Assembly: GCF_001194135.2 (NCBI RefSeq)
Contig: NC_069001.1
Span: forward strand, 18,658,886 to 18,722,885
Length of the DNA: 64,000 nucleotides
Origin: Octopus bimaculoides
Taxonomy: Eukaryota
Reading direction: 5' to 3'
The notes under the pieces were generated by a model. That model was not told the DNA's origin. It saw only the letters and a list, made by a program, of their open reading frames with translations, and did no database searches. The position numbers and the translations under genes were made by a program. This document shows positions 12,468 through 23,403 of this stretch, piece by piece (the stretch's first letter is position 1; each line of letters begins with the position of its first letter).

Positions 12468-12731
12468 GGGCATATGGCATGGTGGTTAGGAGTGCAGACC
12501 ACTAACCTCAAGATTCCGAGTTCGATTCCAAGCAGTGACCTGAATAATAATGATGATGATGACGACAACGATGACAACGACAACAACAACATTGAAAAAT
12601 ACCTTAGAAATGAGAACCCAGGTTCGAAATTTTCCCAGGACACCTGAAGAAGACTGGAGAGTATATCAGCCGAAACGTTGTGTTAACAACAAAGAAGATG
12701 AGGACAAATATCCGTCAAATGTAAATAATGT
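12468..12731 (+). mobile_element. tRNA-headed SINE with microsatellite linker and hammerhead-containing 3' half
   Basis: A-box TGGCATGGTGG (12475-12485), B-box GTTCGATTC (12520-12528), (AAT/GAT/GAC/AAC)n linker 12543-12590, short GTAAATAAT-type tail. Confidence 0.8.
12639..12684 (+). ncRNA. Minimal type I hammerhead ribozyme motif
   Basis: Stem I GACAC/GUGUU; core CUGAAGA (12644-12650); extra A; stem II GACUG/CAGCC (one A-C mismatch); GAAA (12672-12675); palindromic stem III ACGU; predicted GUU cleavage after 12679. Confidence 0.7.
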
Positions 12732-13600
12732 CCATTTCTGATTGCATAGCATATCGATCAAGTGTTTCTTCATTTCACCAGCTTTCTTGAACAGTGCATT
12801 GTAAATGCCTTGCTGACTAGGAGCTGGGATATCAATGTCCTCCTCTGACAATTGTTTGCAGATTTTCAAAGCTGCGTTGGTAGAGACGTTTGTTTAAGTT
12901 ACAAATCTCATATCAATTGGAGATTTGTTGTGCCTTCTTGTGGAGGAATAAGTACCATCACTATCCCTATCATTTCGATCAACTCTGTCATCTTCACCAT
13001 AATTGTACTCTCCAATCTCTTCTTCTTTAGAGTTACTGTCCATATCCAGGGCTGTTGTGTTTGATAAAGAATGGGAGGCTTCAGTATTAGAGCATCTTCT
13101 TCTCTTGGAAGGATGGATACCGTGCTTGCTTGCATCTTTGCCTGTCGAATAGCCCACTTTTCCCTTGCTTTGGAGTTGGATGGAGTACAGTGTTTTGTCA
13201 TCAGCATTGAGCCATTCACTGTGGACTTTGGTGATATCAAACAGTTCTTCTAATGGCTCAAATTTTCTTTTCTTGGCACATTTTCGACCTTGGACTGTAT
13301 TGCTTGCTTGGAAATGATTGGAAAATTCAATTTATCTCTCCACAGTAGTGTCACCTCTTTTGATAATTCAGTCACTCACTCCTTTCTGTCTTTAATTGAT
13401 TTCCCAAGAAACTGGTACCGACCAACAATCTGCTCCTTGAGTAGCATTCGGCTTCTGATGGCCAGTGAGGCTTCTTCTACAGGCACATGACCTCTAGATG
13501 AATGGGATTGAAACTGCACCAAATTTCTCCTCTATTTCTCCTTGTTTTTCTGAACATTTTCAAAACTTTTCTTGAATGACATACAGCTAGCAGTCATGAA
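12732..13600 (-). pseudogene. Decayed transposase-like N-terminal remnant, superfamily unassigned
   Basis: Stitched frames give ...VTLLWRDKLNFPIISKQAI...LFDITKVHSEWLNADDK...acidic stretch...AALKICKQLSEEDIDIPAPSQQGIYNALFKKA. Protein-like, with stops and frameshifts. Confidence 0.5.
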
Positions 13601-13930
13601 GAACTCACATTGAAACCGAAGCCGCAAGGGTGAAAGTGAAAGAACTTAATTATTTGCTTCATGATGAAGCATGAGATGAATCAGCAATACAATCTACTCA
13701 CCACTAAAGTCTTATAAATGCTAAGAATTTAATGAAAGCCAAGAGTGCTATGTAACCTTGCCCATATATTCAAACAAGTTTTGCATAAGAATACAAACAT
13801 GGATTCATGGGTGAACTTTTTTAAGGATAGCTCACAAATGAGTTCACTTTAGTTACTTATACATAAAATCTCAACTAAATATGACACAGGAAGTTGCTTT
13901 TGAGGAAAAAATTAAAAGTTNNNNNNNNNN

Positions 13931-13969
13931 TCTGTTCACTAAATCTGTTCACTAAATCTGTTCACTAAA
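13931..13969. repeat. 3 x 13-bp tandem repeat TCTGTTCACTAAA beside a gap
   Basis: Direct reading. Confidence 0.9.
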
Positions 13970-14269
13970 TCTTTTGCCAAATCGTATTTTTTTAAAACCA
14001 TCAAAACATTCATAATTTCTCTGTTCACATAAATTCCAGAGTTGCACATTATATAAAGTATTCAAAGGTGTCATACAATGAGTGACCTTAAATATATGAA
14101 TACACCATGACAATTATTTTACTATCTGTGTGTGTGTGTGTGCATGTGTGCGTGTGTGTACTCTTTGTTTATTTTCATCATCATCGTCATTTAACACACA
14201 TGCTCTTCCTCTTCATTGACCTCTTCTCGCCAATATTACCAAAATGTCTTCACCGTGTTGAATTATGGA

Positions 14270-15668
14270 AACAAATTAATTTCACAAAAAACAAAAAAAA
14301 GAATGTACTTGTCGTCAAATGAAAATTCAATCTTTTCAACGTGCTATTGACGGAGTTATTTGGCGATGTAATTCATGCAGTAAAACAATCTCTATAAGGA
14401 AAAATACTTTTTTTAGAGAAATGCCACTTGACAGTGTTTACACTATTTCAAATAATAGCAGACTTTATATCTGAATTGCCAGTAACTTGTTCCATGAGTT
14501 GAAACAATATTNNNNNNNNNNNNNNNNNNNNNNNNNNNNNNNNNNNNNNNNNNNNNNNNNNNNNNNNNNNNNNNNNNNNNNNNNNNNNNNNNNNNNNNNN
14601 NNNNNNNNNNNNNNNNNNNNNNNNNNNNNNNNNNNNNNNNNNNNNNNNNNNNNNNNNNNNNNNNNNNNNNNNNNNNNNNNNNNNNNNNNNNNNNNNNNNN
14701 NNNNNNNNNNNNNNNNNNNNNNNNNNNNNNNNNNNNNNNNNNNNNNNNNNNNNNNNNNNNNNNNNNNNNNNNNNNNNNNNNNNNNNNNNNNNNNNNNNNN
14801 NNNNNNNNNNNNNNNNNNNNNNNNNNNNNNNNNNNNNNNNNNNNNNNNNNNNNNNNNNNNNNNNNNNNNNNNNNNNNNNNNNNNNNNNNNNNNNNNNNNN
14901 NNNNNNNNNNNNNNNNNNNNNNNNNNNNNNNNNNNNNNNNNNNNNNNNNNNNNNNNNNNNNNNNNNNNNNNNNNNNNNNNNNNNNNNNNNNNNNNNNNNN
15001 NNNNNNNNNNNNNNNNNNNNNNNNNNNNNNNNNNNNNNNNNNNNNNNNNNNNNNNNNNNNNNNNNNNNNNNNNNNNNNNNNNNNNNNNNNNNNNNNNNNN
15101 NNNNNNNNNNNNNNNNNNNNNNNNNNNNNNNNNNNNNNNNNNNNNNNNNNNNNNNNNNNNNNNNNNNNNNNNNNNNNNNNNNNNNNNNNNNNNNNNNNNN
15201 NNNNNNNNNNNNNNNNNNNNNNNNNNNNNNNNNNNNNNNNNNNNNNNNNNNNNNNNNNNNNGTTTAGCTGTTATTTCTAGCATATCAAGTTTCCCTCAGT
15301 GTCTAATCCCAATGTGCACCTTTTTTAAAATTTATTTACGTTGTTTAGAAAATAAAAATTATTTTGTTCACAAAATTTAATTAAAAGAAAAAAAAATGTA
15401 TGAAGTTAACAAAAACAGATAGTGTGTTATTTTTATTCCTTCTACCTATCTACGTTGTTTAGAAAAGAAAAAAGTAATTTTAAAAAAATTATTTACTTTG
15501 TTTAAAAGGAATTATTTACTAATTTGCATACGCGCGCACACGCACACATGTATTCATTTGCACGCGCGCCCGCGCGCACTTTTCGTAGGATCGACCACTC
15601 ACGACTAGCTAGCGCGGACGCGCGACAGCGCGACTGCGCGTTCGGGTCCGCTCTGCTTGAGTAGTACC
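14270..15668 (+). mobile_element. Merlin (IS1016/IS1595-like) transposon remnant spanning a gap
   Basis: About 14300-14510 translates ECTCRQMKIQSFQRAIDGVIWRCNSCSKTISIRKNTFF then (frameshift) EKCHLTVFTLFQII, the Merlin N-terminal zinc-ribbon pattern. The right end reads GGTACTAC on the minus strand at 15668, fitting the Merlin GGNRM terminus. Linkage across the gap is assumed. Confidence 0.6.
15522..15655. promoter_or_regulatory. Short CpG island (about 24 CpGs) with octamer ATTTGCAT (15522-15529) and near-octamer ATTTGCAC (15556-15563)
   Basis: Direct reading; strongly atypical of the CpG-poor surroundings; regulatory function unproven. Confidence 0.35.
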
Positions 15669-16049
15669 CATACATACATATACACTACATACATACATAT
15701 ATACATACATAATCCTCTCCTTCTCTCTCTCTCGCTCACACACACACACATGTATATACCAGATGGGTCAACTAATGCTTAATATTTACCATAATACTGA
15801 TGAGGCAAATATCGTGGTAACAAGCTTAAAGTTAGCCTAGCATCAAATGTCTATCATTCTAAAGGTCCATAAGAGAATTTCACAGCACATTTCAGGTGCA
15901 AATGAATAAAGCCTTTAAATAGTGTAGGGAGAAAGTACATTCTAAATAATATCAATGACAACACTGAGGTAAGCATAAATGTGTAAGACTGGAATAAAAA
16001 TCATGGCGTCGTAGTTGGTGGAATAAGAAGCATCAAAAATAAAAATGAA

Positions 16050-17290
16050 TACTCAGTTTGAGGTTAATTTCTCAAACCTTTTTTATTAGGGCACTGGAAT
16101 TTGATAAGAAACATTGCTCCTCATTAACAATGATGTCAAAATTAATATACATGCTAGAAAATTATAGATTCTTTTTTATTGCAACTGCATGGCTGAATGA
16201 TCTGTTTGATGTCTGCATGGTTGGTTATAAAAGGAAGCATATTGGTTGTTTTTTTTTTATAGTCAAAATATATTTATATCAACATTTGAGCTACTAGTTG
16301 CAAGATTATTGAGGGATAAAGATTGCAGTTCAACAGTCTAAAATTAGAGAAAAATTTAAGAAAGATCTAATAAGTATATTTATTAAGTTCAGCTTTAACG
16401 TTGATAGAAATATAGTTAACTTCCTTGATGTTACCTTATACCTAGATACATGAAGACATCATCAATACTGCAGTAAGCAGAGCAAGAACCCTATATGCCC
16501 TAATAAGAATTCTAACAAACCTCCCATTATATATTAAAATTTAAGAAGTAAAATAGTATCTTATAAATTTCTGGATAAAACTACTTTCAATAAAGTTACC
16601 AATGATTAAAATAATGCATTAGAAAAACAAATGGATGTAATTAACACTATGATCCTTACTTGGGCACTAGTAATGATTGCACAAACAAAGAAAATGTTCT
16701 ATAATCTGGTTCACCTTACCTTGTAGCTTAAACATTAAATCAAACATGGACAAATATTTCTTAATATTGATTAAAATGAGCCCACAATCAGTGAGGTAAT
16801 GAAAATATTTTAACAGAAGTAACATCAAGATCAGCTATACAGCTGCACAAAAATATTGGAGGTATTACAAGGAATATATTTAGAGGTTATATTGAATGAT
16901 TCACCAGAAGCTAAATCTAAATGTAACTGTAGGTGTAAAGAATTATGTGCCATCAGCTGCAAATGTTTAATGAAGATAAAATGAAATCTAAAGGTGATAA
17001 TACTGAAAGTGAAAAATTCATGTATTGATTTGAAATGAAAACAGATTTAAATCTAAATCCCTCACTCCACTTTCACAGCTGAACAAAAAAGGAACACCTC
17101 AACCTCCCCCAATTATGTTTGGCATTTGAAAGGCCATTGTGTTCATAATTTCAATATCCAATTGTCTGTTATTGAACGTAGCATGCTAAACATAAATAAT
17201 ATCAATTTTGTACACACATCATAAATACAACAACTGATAAATTAAATAGCAAGATAGAGATCTTATCTAAATCATCATTAAAGTAAGTTT
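16050..17290 (+). mobile_element. Heavily decayed Penelope-like element (RT thumb + GIY-YIG)
   Basis: Fragments VNFLDVTL (about 16420), WF.LPCSLNIK, KCNCRCKELC (about 16920), VWHLK, NSKIEILSK. Confidence 0.65.
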
Positions 17291-18553
17291 TTTTTTTTTA
17301 TGTAAGCTGAAATAAACATATATGATCACCCTGACCAGATGGTAGACATAATGACCAGTTGGGAGGTTTACAATATGATGTTCAATAAGAAGTCATTTGT
17401 TTCAGAAATATTCCTCAAACAATGTAAAATAAGAGGATTGCCATGCTGTCAAAGTTGAGGTAATGGATAACACCAAAATATGTTATCATTTTTAAATAGT
17501 TACACTAGATAATAATAGAGCCAATGATGTCTTCACAAATTATTTTCCCATGAATTATTTGCTCCATACTGAAATTATATATATATATATATATATATAT
17601 ACTTTGGGTATGGTAGATGAGTTCAGCAAAAATTTAGATTCAGATGAATATGGTACTTAAGTTGAGGCACCAGAATTTAGTACAGTATTATCCAAACAAT
17701 TTCAAAGTAAGGTGATTAAAATCAGAATAAGTAACAAGGATATCCAGAGGTAATGCAGTACGATCGTTTCATGCAACTCCATTTAATTGAACAATGCAAT
17801 CATTACATCAATTTAAAATGCAGAGAAATCCTCAGCTGCACAAAGATATAGAATTTAATTAAATTAAAACAGATGGACACATTAGTATAATTATACCTAA
17901 AATCTCCAAGAAGTTAAGGAGATAAACAAAGAACATGTTGCCTCTACTACAGCATATAAGTTATGTATGTATGTATGTATGTATGTACATGTGTGTATGT
18001 ATGTACATGTGTGTATGTATTTTGAGCATGTGTATATAGTCTTAGATTTATATATTTGTACATATGTGTGTATATGCACCATACACTTGTTATCAAATTT
18101 CTCAACCTAAGAACTTCTTCAATCCATGGTTTTTAATTTTATAAAAACAAACTTATGCCTCTACTAATTGTCAAGTATCAACTAATCCCTTCTGGACATG
18201 CGTTACTCCCGTCTTCACTCAAGGATTTTTCTATATTATATAATATAATATATATTTATGTTTATACTGTTCAATTTATACACCCCAACCCGCCCAGCCA
18301 TTAGTGAATACAACACCATTTATGTTCGGAAAATAAGTCACCCAATCAAATTCAAATGCTTATTCACCAAATTGGATTAGATCAAATCATATATTACCAT
18401 TTTATTCCAGTCTTGATCACACCTACCCAATGAACGGAAACGTGAAACTCTGAGTAACAGCTTTGTGAAGCATATTACTCTACCTTCAGTATTCGAGTAC
18501 AACTTTTTTCTACCTTCTTTTGTATTTTGTGCTTACTCATGATTATATATATA

Positions 18554-18767
18554 CTAGCTGACCCTCTGCCATCAAAAATGACGGCTAATTGTAGTATTAT
18601 ATATATATAAGTAAGGTAAAAAATAAGGTACATAATAATCACAGATACAAACATTCACATACTTCCCTTGTAAACGCACACACACATACACACATATACT
18701 CACACAGAGTTGAAACGCTGTTTGATTTTTCCTTTCAGCATTGAATGTTCACCGTTACACTTCCATT

Positions 18768-18804
<37 letters not shown>

Positions 18805-19092
18805 ACATAAATATTCACACACCTCCTTTTACATACACAGATATATACTCACACAGAGTTGAAATGCTGATTTTTACTTTTTTACCTCTTCCTTTCTCAT
18901 TCATATATTGTGACGGAGAAAAACAGAAGATACACAACACACTCTTTGCCACTTCCTCTCTTTTATTACTATTACTTTCTCTCACTCCCTCTCAGTCAGG
19001 ACTATTACTCTCGCTACTTTTCCTTCACTGAATTACTATTTTCTTTCCTCTCCGTTCACTTATGATTTTGCATGATTTTGGACAAATATAGA
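18554..19092 (-). mobile_element. Non-autonomous Helitron
   Basis: Minus strand A|TCTATATTTG at 19092; 3' hairpin GCCGTCA-TTTT-TGATGGC (18568-18585) about 10 nt before CTAG|T (18554-18557). Confidence 0.7.
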
Positions 19093-19096
19093 TATA

Positions 19097-19341
19097 TACT
19101 CTTTACTCTTTTACTCTTTTACTTGTTTCAGTCATTTGACTGCGGCCATGCTGGAGCACCACCTTTAGTCGAGCAAATCAACCCCAGGACTTATTCTTTG
19201 TAAGCCTAGTACTTATTCTATCCGTCTCTTTTGCCGAACCGCTAAGTTACAGGGAATTAAACACACCAGCATTGGTTGTCAAACGATGTTGGGGGACAAA
19301 CACAGACACACAAACATACACACACACACACACACACACAT

Positions 19342-19404
<63 letters not shown>

Positions 19405-19451
19405 NNNNNNNNNNNNNNNNNNNNNNNNNNNNNNNNNNNNNNNNNNNNNNN

Positions 19452-19485
<34 letters not shown>

Positions 19486-19642
19486 CGACAGGCTTCTTTC
19501 AGTTTCCATCTACCAAATCCACTCACAAGGCTTTGGTCGGCCTGAGACTATAGTAGAAGACACTTGCCCAAGGTGCCATGCAGTGGGACTGAACCCGGAA
19601 CCATGTGGTTCGTAAGCAAGCTACTTACCACACAGCCACTCC
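19097..19642 (-). mobile_element. tRNA-derived SINE (family A)
   Basis: Same sequence as 4562-5053, internal (CA)n(TA)n plus gap. Confidence 0.9.
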
Positions 19643-19718
19643 TAAAATATATAAAAATACTACACTCATTATTATATTAGGAGATATATATATTACAACA
19701 AAAATTTTGTATCTTGAA

Positions 19719-19784
19719 CATAGAGTTACCTAAGGTTTTGTATCTACAAAGCAAAGCCTTGTGGACAGCTTGTCAGACTCTATG
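19719..19784 (-). ncRNA. Degenerate type I hammerhead (3' pLTR copy)
   Basis: Stem I CAUAGAGU/ACUCUAUG; core CUGACAA (G8A); long stem II; AAAA (G12A); stem III ACCU-U-AGGU; GUA triplet. Confidence 0.7.
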
Positions 19785-22134
19785 TAAATACAAAATTTAA
19801 AATATCTATGTCGCAGACATGAGGAAATGCTCAGAACTTGAGGAATACATCTTAACAAAAAAATGTTAATAAAGAGAGGTGATCTCCCCTGAATCAGGGG
19901 TGGGGAAAAAAACCCTAACAGACCTGAAGCGGCCTAACTAGCAAATGGGGCGATCTAATTTTCCAGTAAGTAGCATTTGAAGTAGATACATTTAGAAAAC
20001 ACTTCTTTATGGCTGTTTAATACGCCAGGTTTCTTATAGTCCTTAAGAATTTTGGCTCTCTCCATGATGCAGATCTTGCAACGGCCACTCCCATTAATAT
20101 ATGGGCCTGGATGATCAATTAATTTCCATCTGATATCACACAGGGTCCTTTGATCTTTGAAGTGCCATACATGCTGGGCCAAAGATGTGACAAACAGTCT
20201 TTCTGAGACTCTGAAGGATGACTGGTGGTTAAGAAAACATTGGTTGAATGAAGTACTCACAGAACCAATATATTTACACACATGGGATGTGACCCTATTT
20301 GCACTCTTAGTAACATATAGCATGGGGCTGGTCATCCCATCGGTGTTGAAGACAGATATTTGGTCATCTTCTGAGATGGCAGAACTGGGAATGGCAGATA
20401 CCTCCTCCAAGTTGCTGGTCCTGGATAGGTCATTATTTCTAAGTGCTGTGTCTGTACTGGTGGTAACATACATTGTGGGCCTGGTCACTCTATCTGTATC
20501 TGTGGTTTGTTCGTTATCCATGGCAGTGGTATCGGCGTCGTCGGTGACGCACTCTGTGATGCTTGTACTGGACTGGTTATTATCTTTGAGCGTGACAATT
20601 GTATTGGCATGAGAACTGGTTAATCTGTTAATAATATTGTTGTTTGCTGGTACATTACTGTTATTGCGGATATTAGGTCTAGGTATCACCATAGCTTCAT
20701 AGATAACTGCATCGGCCTCCTACTGGACAGTTATTATATACCCTGAAAGAGCAACCTGCCTTCTCCCTTGTATTGTGAGTACTTGCTAAAGTAGTTTTTT
20801 TGTTAGGTGCACAACTAAAGGAGACTCTTAGGTTATCTCTGTTAAATAAATGTCTGTATCTATGTGTGTGTGTGTGTAATGCTTGTCTATCAATCTAAGG
20901 AAAATCTTTCCCACACGAATCTTGACGTTGAGTGAGATGGGTGGAGCAAACCAAATAACATTTTTGCAGCACTTCCTTTTCCCGGTGCTAAGGCCAGGCA
21001 TGTAGAAGATACGGTCCTTAAACCCACTTGATGCCAGTCTTTCATTGTAGTAGTGGGCAGCATCATTGAAGATATCTTGGCTTGAAGATAGATTCGAGAT
21101 CCTCTTGCTTACACCTTTCACTAGGTTCTTGAAAACTATAGCGGGGTGGCAGGAGACTGTGCTAATATAAGACAGTCTCTTGGTTGGCTTGTGATAGGGC
21201 ATGTATTTACTAGAGCCCAGATCTAAAGTAGCATCTAAGAAATCTACTGTGGTGAGTTTAGTCTCAATGGTGATATTGGGCCCCATTGAGCCTAAGGTGC
21301 TAATTAGGTCTTTTCTAAGTCTATCTAATGTGTAGCCATTGGCTCCTCTAGAGATAGCTAGGGCGACATCTCTGTAAAGGCCGAAAAGGACGAAAGAAAA
21401 CTTCTCTTTGATGTCCAGGATGTACAGTCTGATAAGATCACAGACATTGGCACTGTCATATTCTCCTATAGCTTCATCAAAAGAGCCCTCAGGGTCAGAT
21501 TGTTTGACTCAAGTTGAATCATTGCTGAGCAGCATTGCCTTCCTGGCATGCATGATAACTCTAACATTATTATTACTAAAATCTGTGAAGCCCTTGGCAA
21601 TGGAAAGTGCCTTTAACAATAACTCTTTAGAAATAGATGACTGAAAGTCAACAATGTCAAACTGTGAAAATCTAGCCCTGCCTCTATCCCTGTTGGCAAT
21701 AAACCTTGAGGTTACCTCATTGGTGCTGTGCCATAGAGGAAGGCTTGTGTGTCTTCTTATGTCATCATTAACCTTCCTCGGTATATACTTACTTGCCTGG
21801 CCAATCTTGGACTTGGCCAGGTTGATCAGGCAGCATTTGGGGTTAGAGGCAAAATTCGGCTTTCAGAGTTATAAAAGCATTTCTCTTGGCCAAGATCTCT
21901 ACTCTGTCTGCTATACCTAGATTAACTGCTATTTGTTTAGCCTCACAGTTAATGTTATTGCAAATGTGTGGGGAAACACGTCTGTATTTTTGTGTGATTG
22001 AATCATTTAAAAACCTATCGTAAGCGTATGTAACTATCATCTATAAGTTCTTAGTCTTATCTGAGAAGATTAAGGACCTGTTAGAGTTTCTTATATTTTG
22101 TATATTTTCACGGATTTTGCTTTGAAAAGTATTA

Positions 22135-22200
22135 TATAGAGTCTGATGAGCTGTCCACAAGGCTTTGCTTTGTGGATGCAAAACCTTGGGTAACTCTATG
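22135..22200 (+). ncRNA. Degenerate type I hammerhead (inverted 5' copy)
   Basis: Stem I UAUAGAGU/ACUCUAUG; intact CUGAUGA (22143-22149); 13-bp stem II with one bulge (22150-22179); AAAA (G12A); stem III ACC-UUG-GGU; GUA triplet. Confidence 0.75.
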
Positions 22201-22980
22201 TCCAAGATATAAAATTTTTGTTGTAATGATTACTGCTCTATTCTTTAGAATTCATATTCTGAATAAGTTCAATAGTGAATTCCCAGAAATAGCTGGAGGA
22301 CTATATAAAGATGCTACATCATTTATTATTAAAACTTCCAGTAATAGAAAATTAGAAAATTACAAGAAAACATTTCACAAATTCTTTAATAAAAATTTCT
22401 GTAGAAAACGAGCATAGTTCTGTAAACTTCCTAAATGTCAATCTTAATTTACTCACAAGTAACCATGAACCATATCACAAACCCAATTCAAAATTAACAT
22501 AATTATGAAAGTAATCATCCCAAAACAATAAATGTGTAGTTAGAAATTTTCAATGCAGAATTAATTACCTCTCATCTTGTCAAGAAATTTTTAATATAAA
22601 TAGGGATTATTATAACTCAGCATTAGATAAGGCAGGGTATACACAGAAAATTAAATTTGAAACAAATAATGATAACCCGCAGACAGCCAACCAGATAAAT
22701 GATAAATTGTCTATGATTAAGAATGAACCCATAATTAGAATTAAAAAGCATAACAATAAAAACAAACAATCCAATAATTATAATAATTATAATAATAATA
22801 AAAATACAGAACTCAATCAACATGAATCCAACTACAGAATTAATAAAAAAAACAAATAAATACTTAAAACATAAGAAACATATTCCATATATAAAACATA
22901 TACCAGAAAGCAACCATAAATGCCTTAACATGCATAATAATAATAATAATAACAATAATAATAATAATAATAATAATAAT

Positions 22981-23281
22981 AAAGACCTGGAAATAGAGAT
23001 AACTCGAATGTGGAATCTAAAAACAGAAACAATTCCTATCATAGTAGGTGCCTTAGGTATAATAAAAAAATATTCAGACAAATACATAACAAAAACACCA
23101 GGACTTACAAATATATATAACATACAGAAAATTGCACTACTGGGTACTGCACACATTCTACGCAAAACACTTTCAATACAGTAAACATAAGAGCACCACA
23201 GCAAACCACAGCACATACCCAAGGCGCACAGAGCTGCGCTCGGTAGTGAAGTGAAAGCACGTTATAAAAATAAAACTACTG
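22981..23281 (+). mobile_element. 3' fragment of R4/Dong-like RLE LINE inside an (AAT)n microsatellite
   Basis: KDLEIEITRMWNLKTETIPIIVGALG...IQKIALLGTAHILRKTL* plus 3' UTR; (AAT)n on both sides (22935-22980, 23282-23300). Confidence 0.85.
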
Positions 23282-23403
23282 AATAATAATAATAATAATA
23301 ATATTTGGCTTATTTTACCTTATGGCAAGCAGACAAACCTTATCAGAGTAATTCGTTCCATAATAGATAAACATTTCTCTTATAATAAATACAGTACCAT
23401 AAT

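Larger units (their letters stand above)
19692..22228 (-). mobile_element. Penelope-like element (RT + C-terminal GIY-YIG), 5'-truncated, with ~90-bp inverted terminal copies containing hammerheads
   Basis: Minus frames: FSDKTKN, AFITLK, FDIVDF, GLYRD, TVDFLDATLDL, VIWFAPP, CP.GGRC, VIYEAMV, KYIG, RCKICIMER. 19692-19784 is the reverse complement of about 22136-22228. Confidence 0.9.

Noticed and set aside
12700-12740. KWTLFTFDG read-through resembling a transposase first-Asp motif
   Set aside because: The TLFTFDG codons come from the antisense SINE tail, and the far flank of the SINE does not continue the transposase; treated as coincidence
15797-15830. CTGATGA upstream of a PLE remnant as a hammerhead
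   Set aside because: No GAAA, stem II or stem I partner follows
19785-20760. Selenoprotein/SECIS hallmark reported for some Naiad-type PLEs
   Set aside because: No in-frame TGA at the conserved Cys positions in the PLE copies I could read, and no AUGA...AA...GA SECIS pattern in this 3' UTR
22623-23222. 199-aa hydrophobic minus-strand ORF suggesting a membrane protein
   Set aside because: Poly-Leu and poly-Ile come from (TTA)n/(ATT)n, and the rest is the antisense of the R4/Dong fragment
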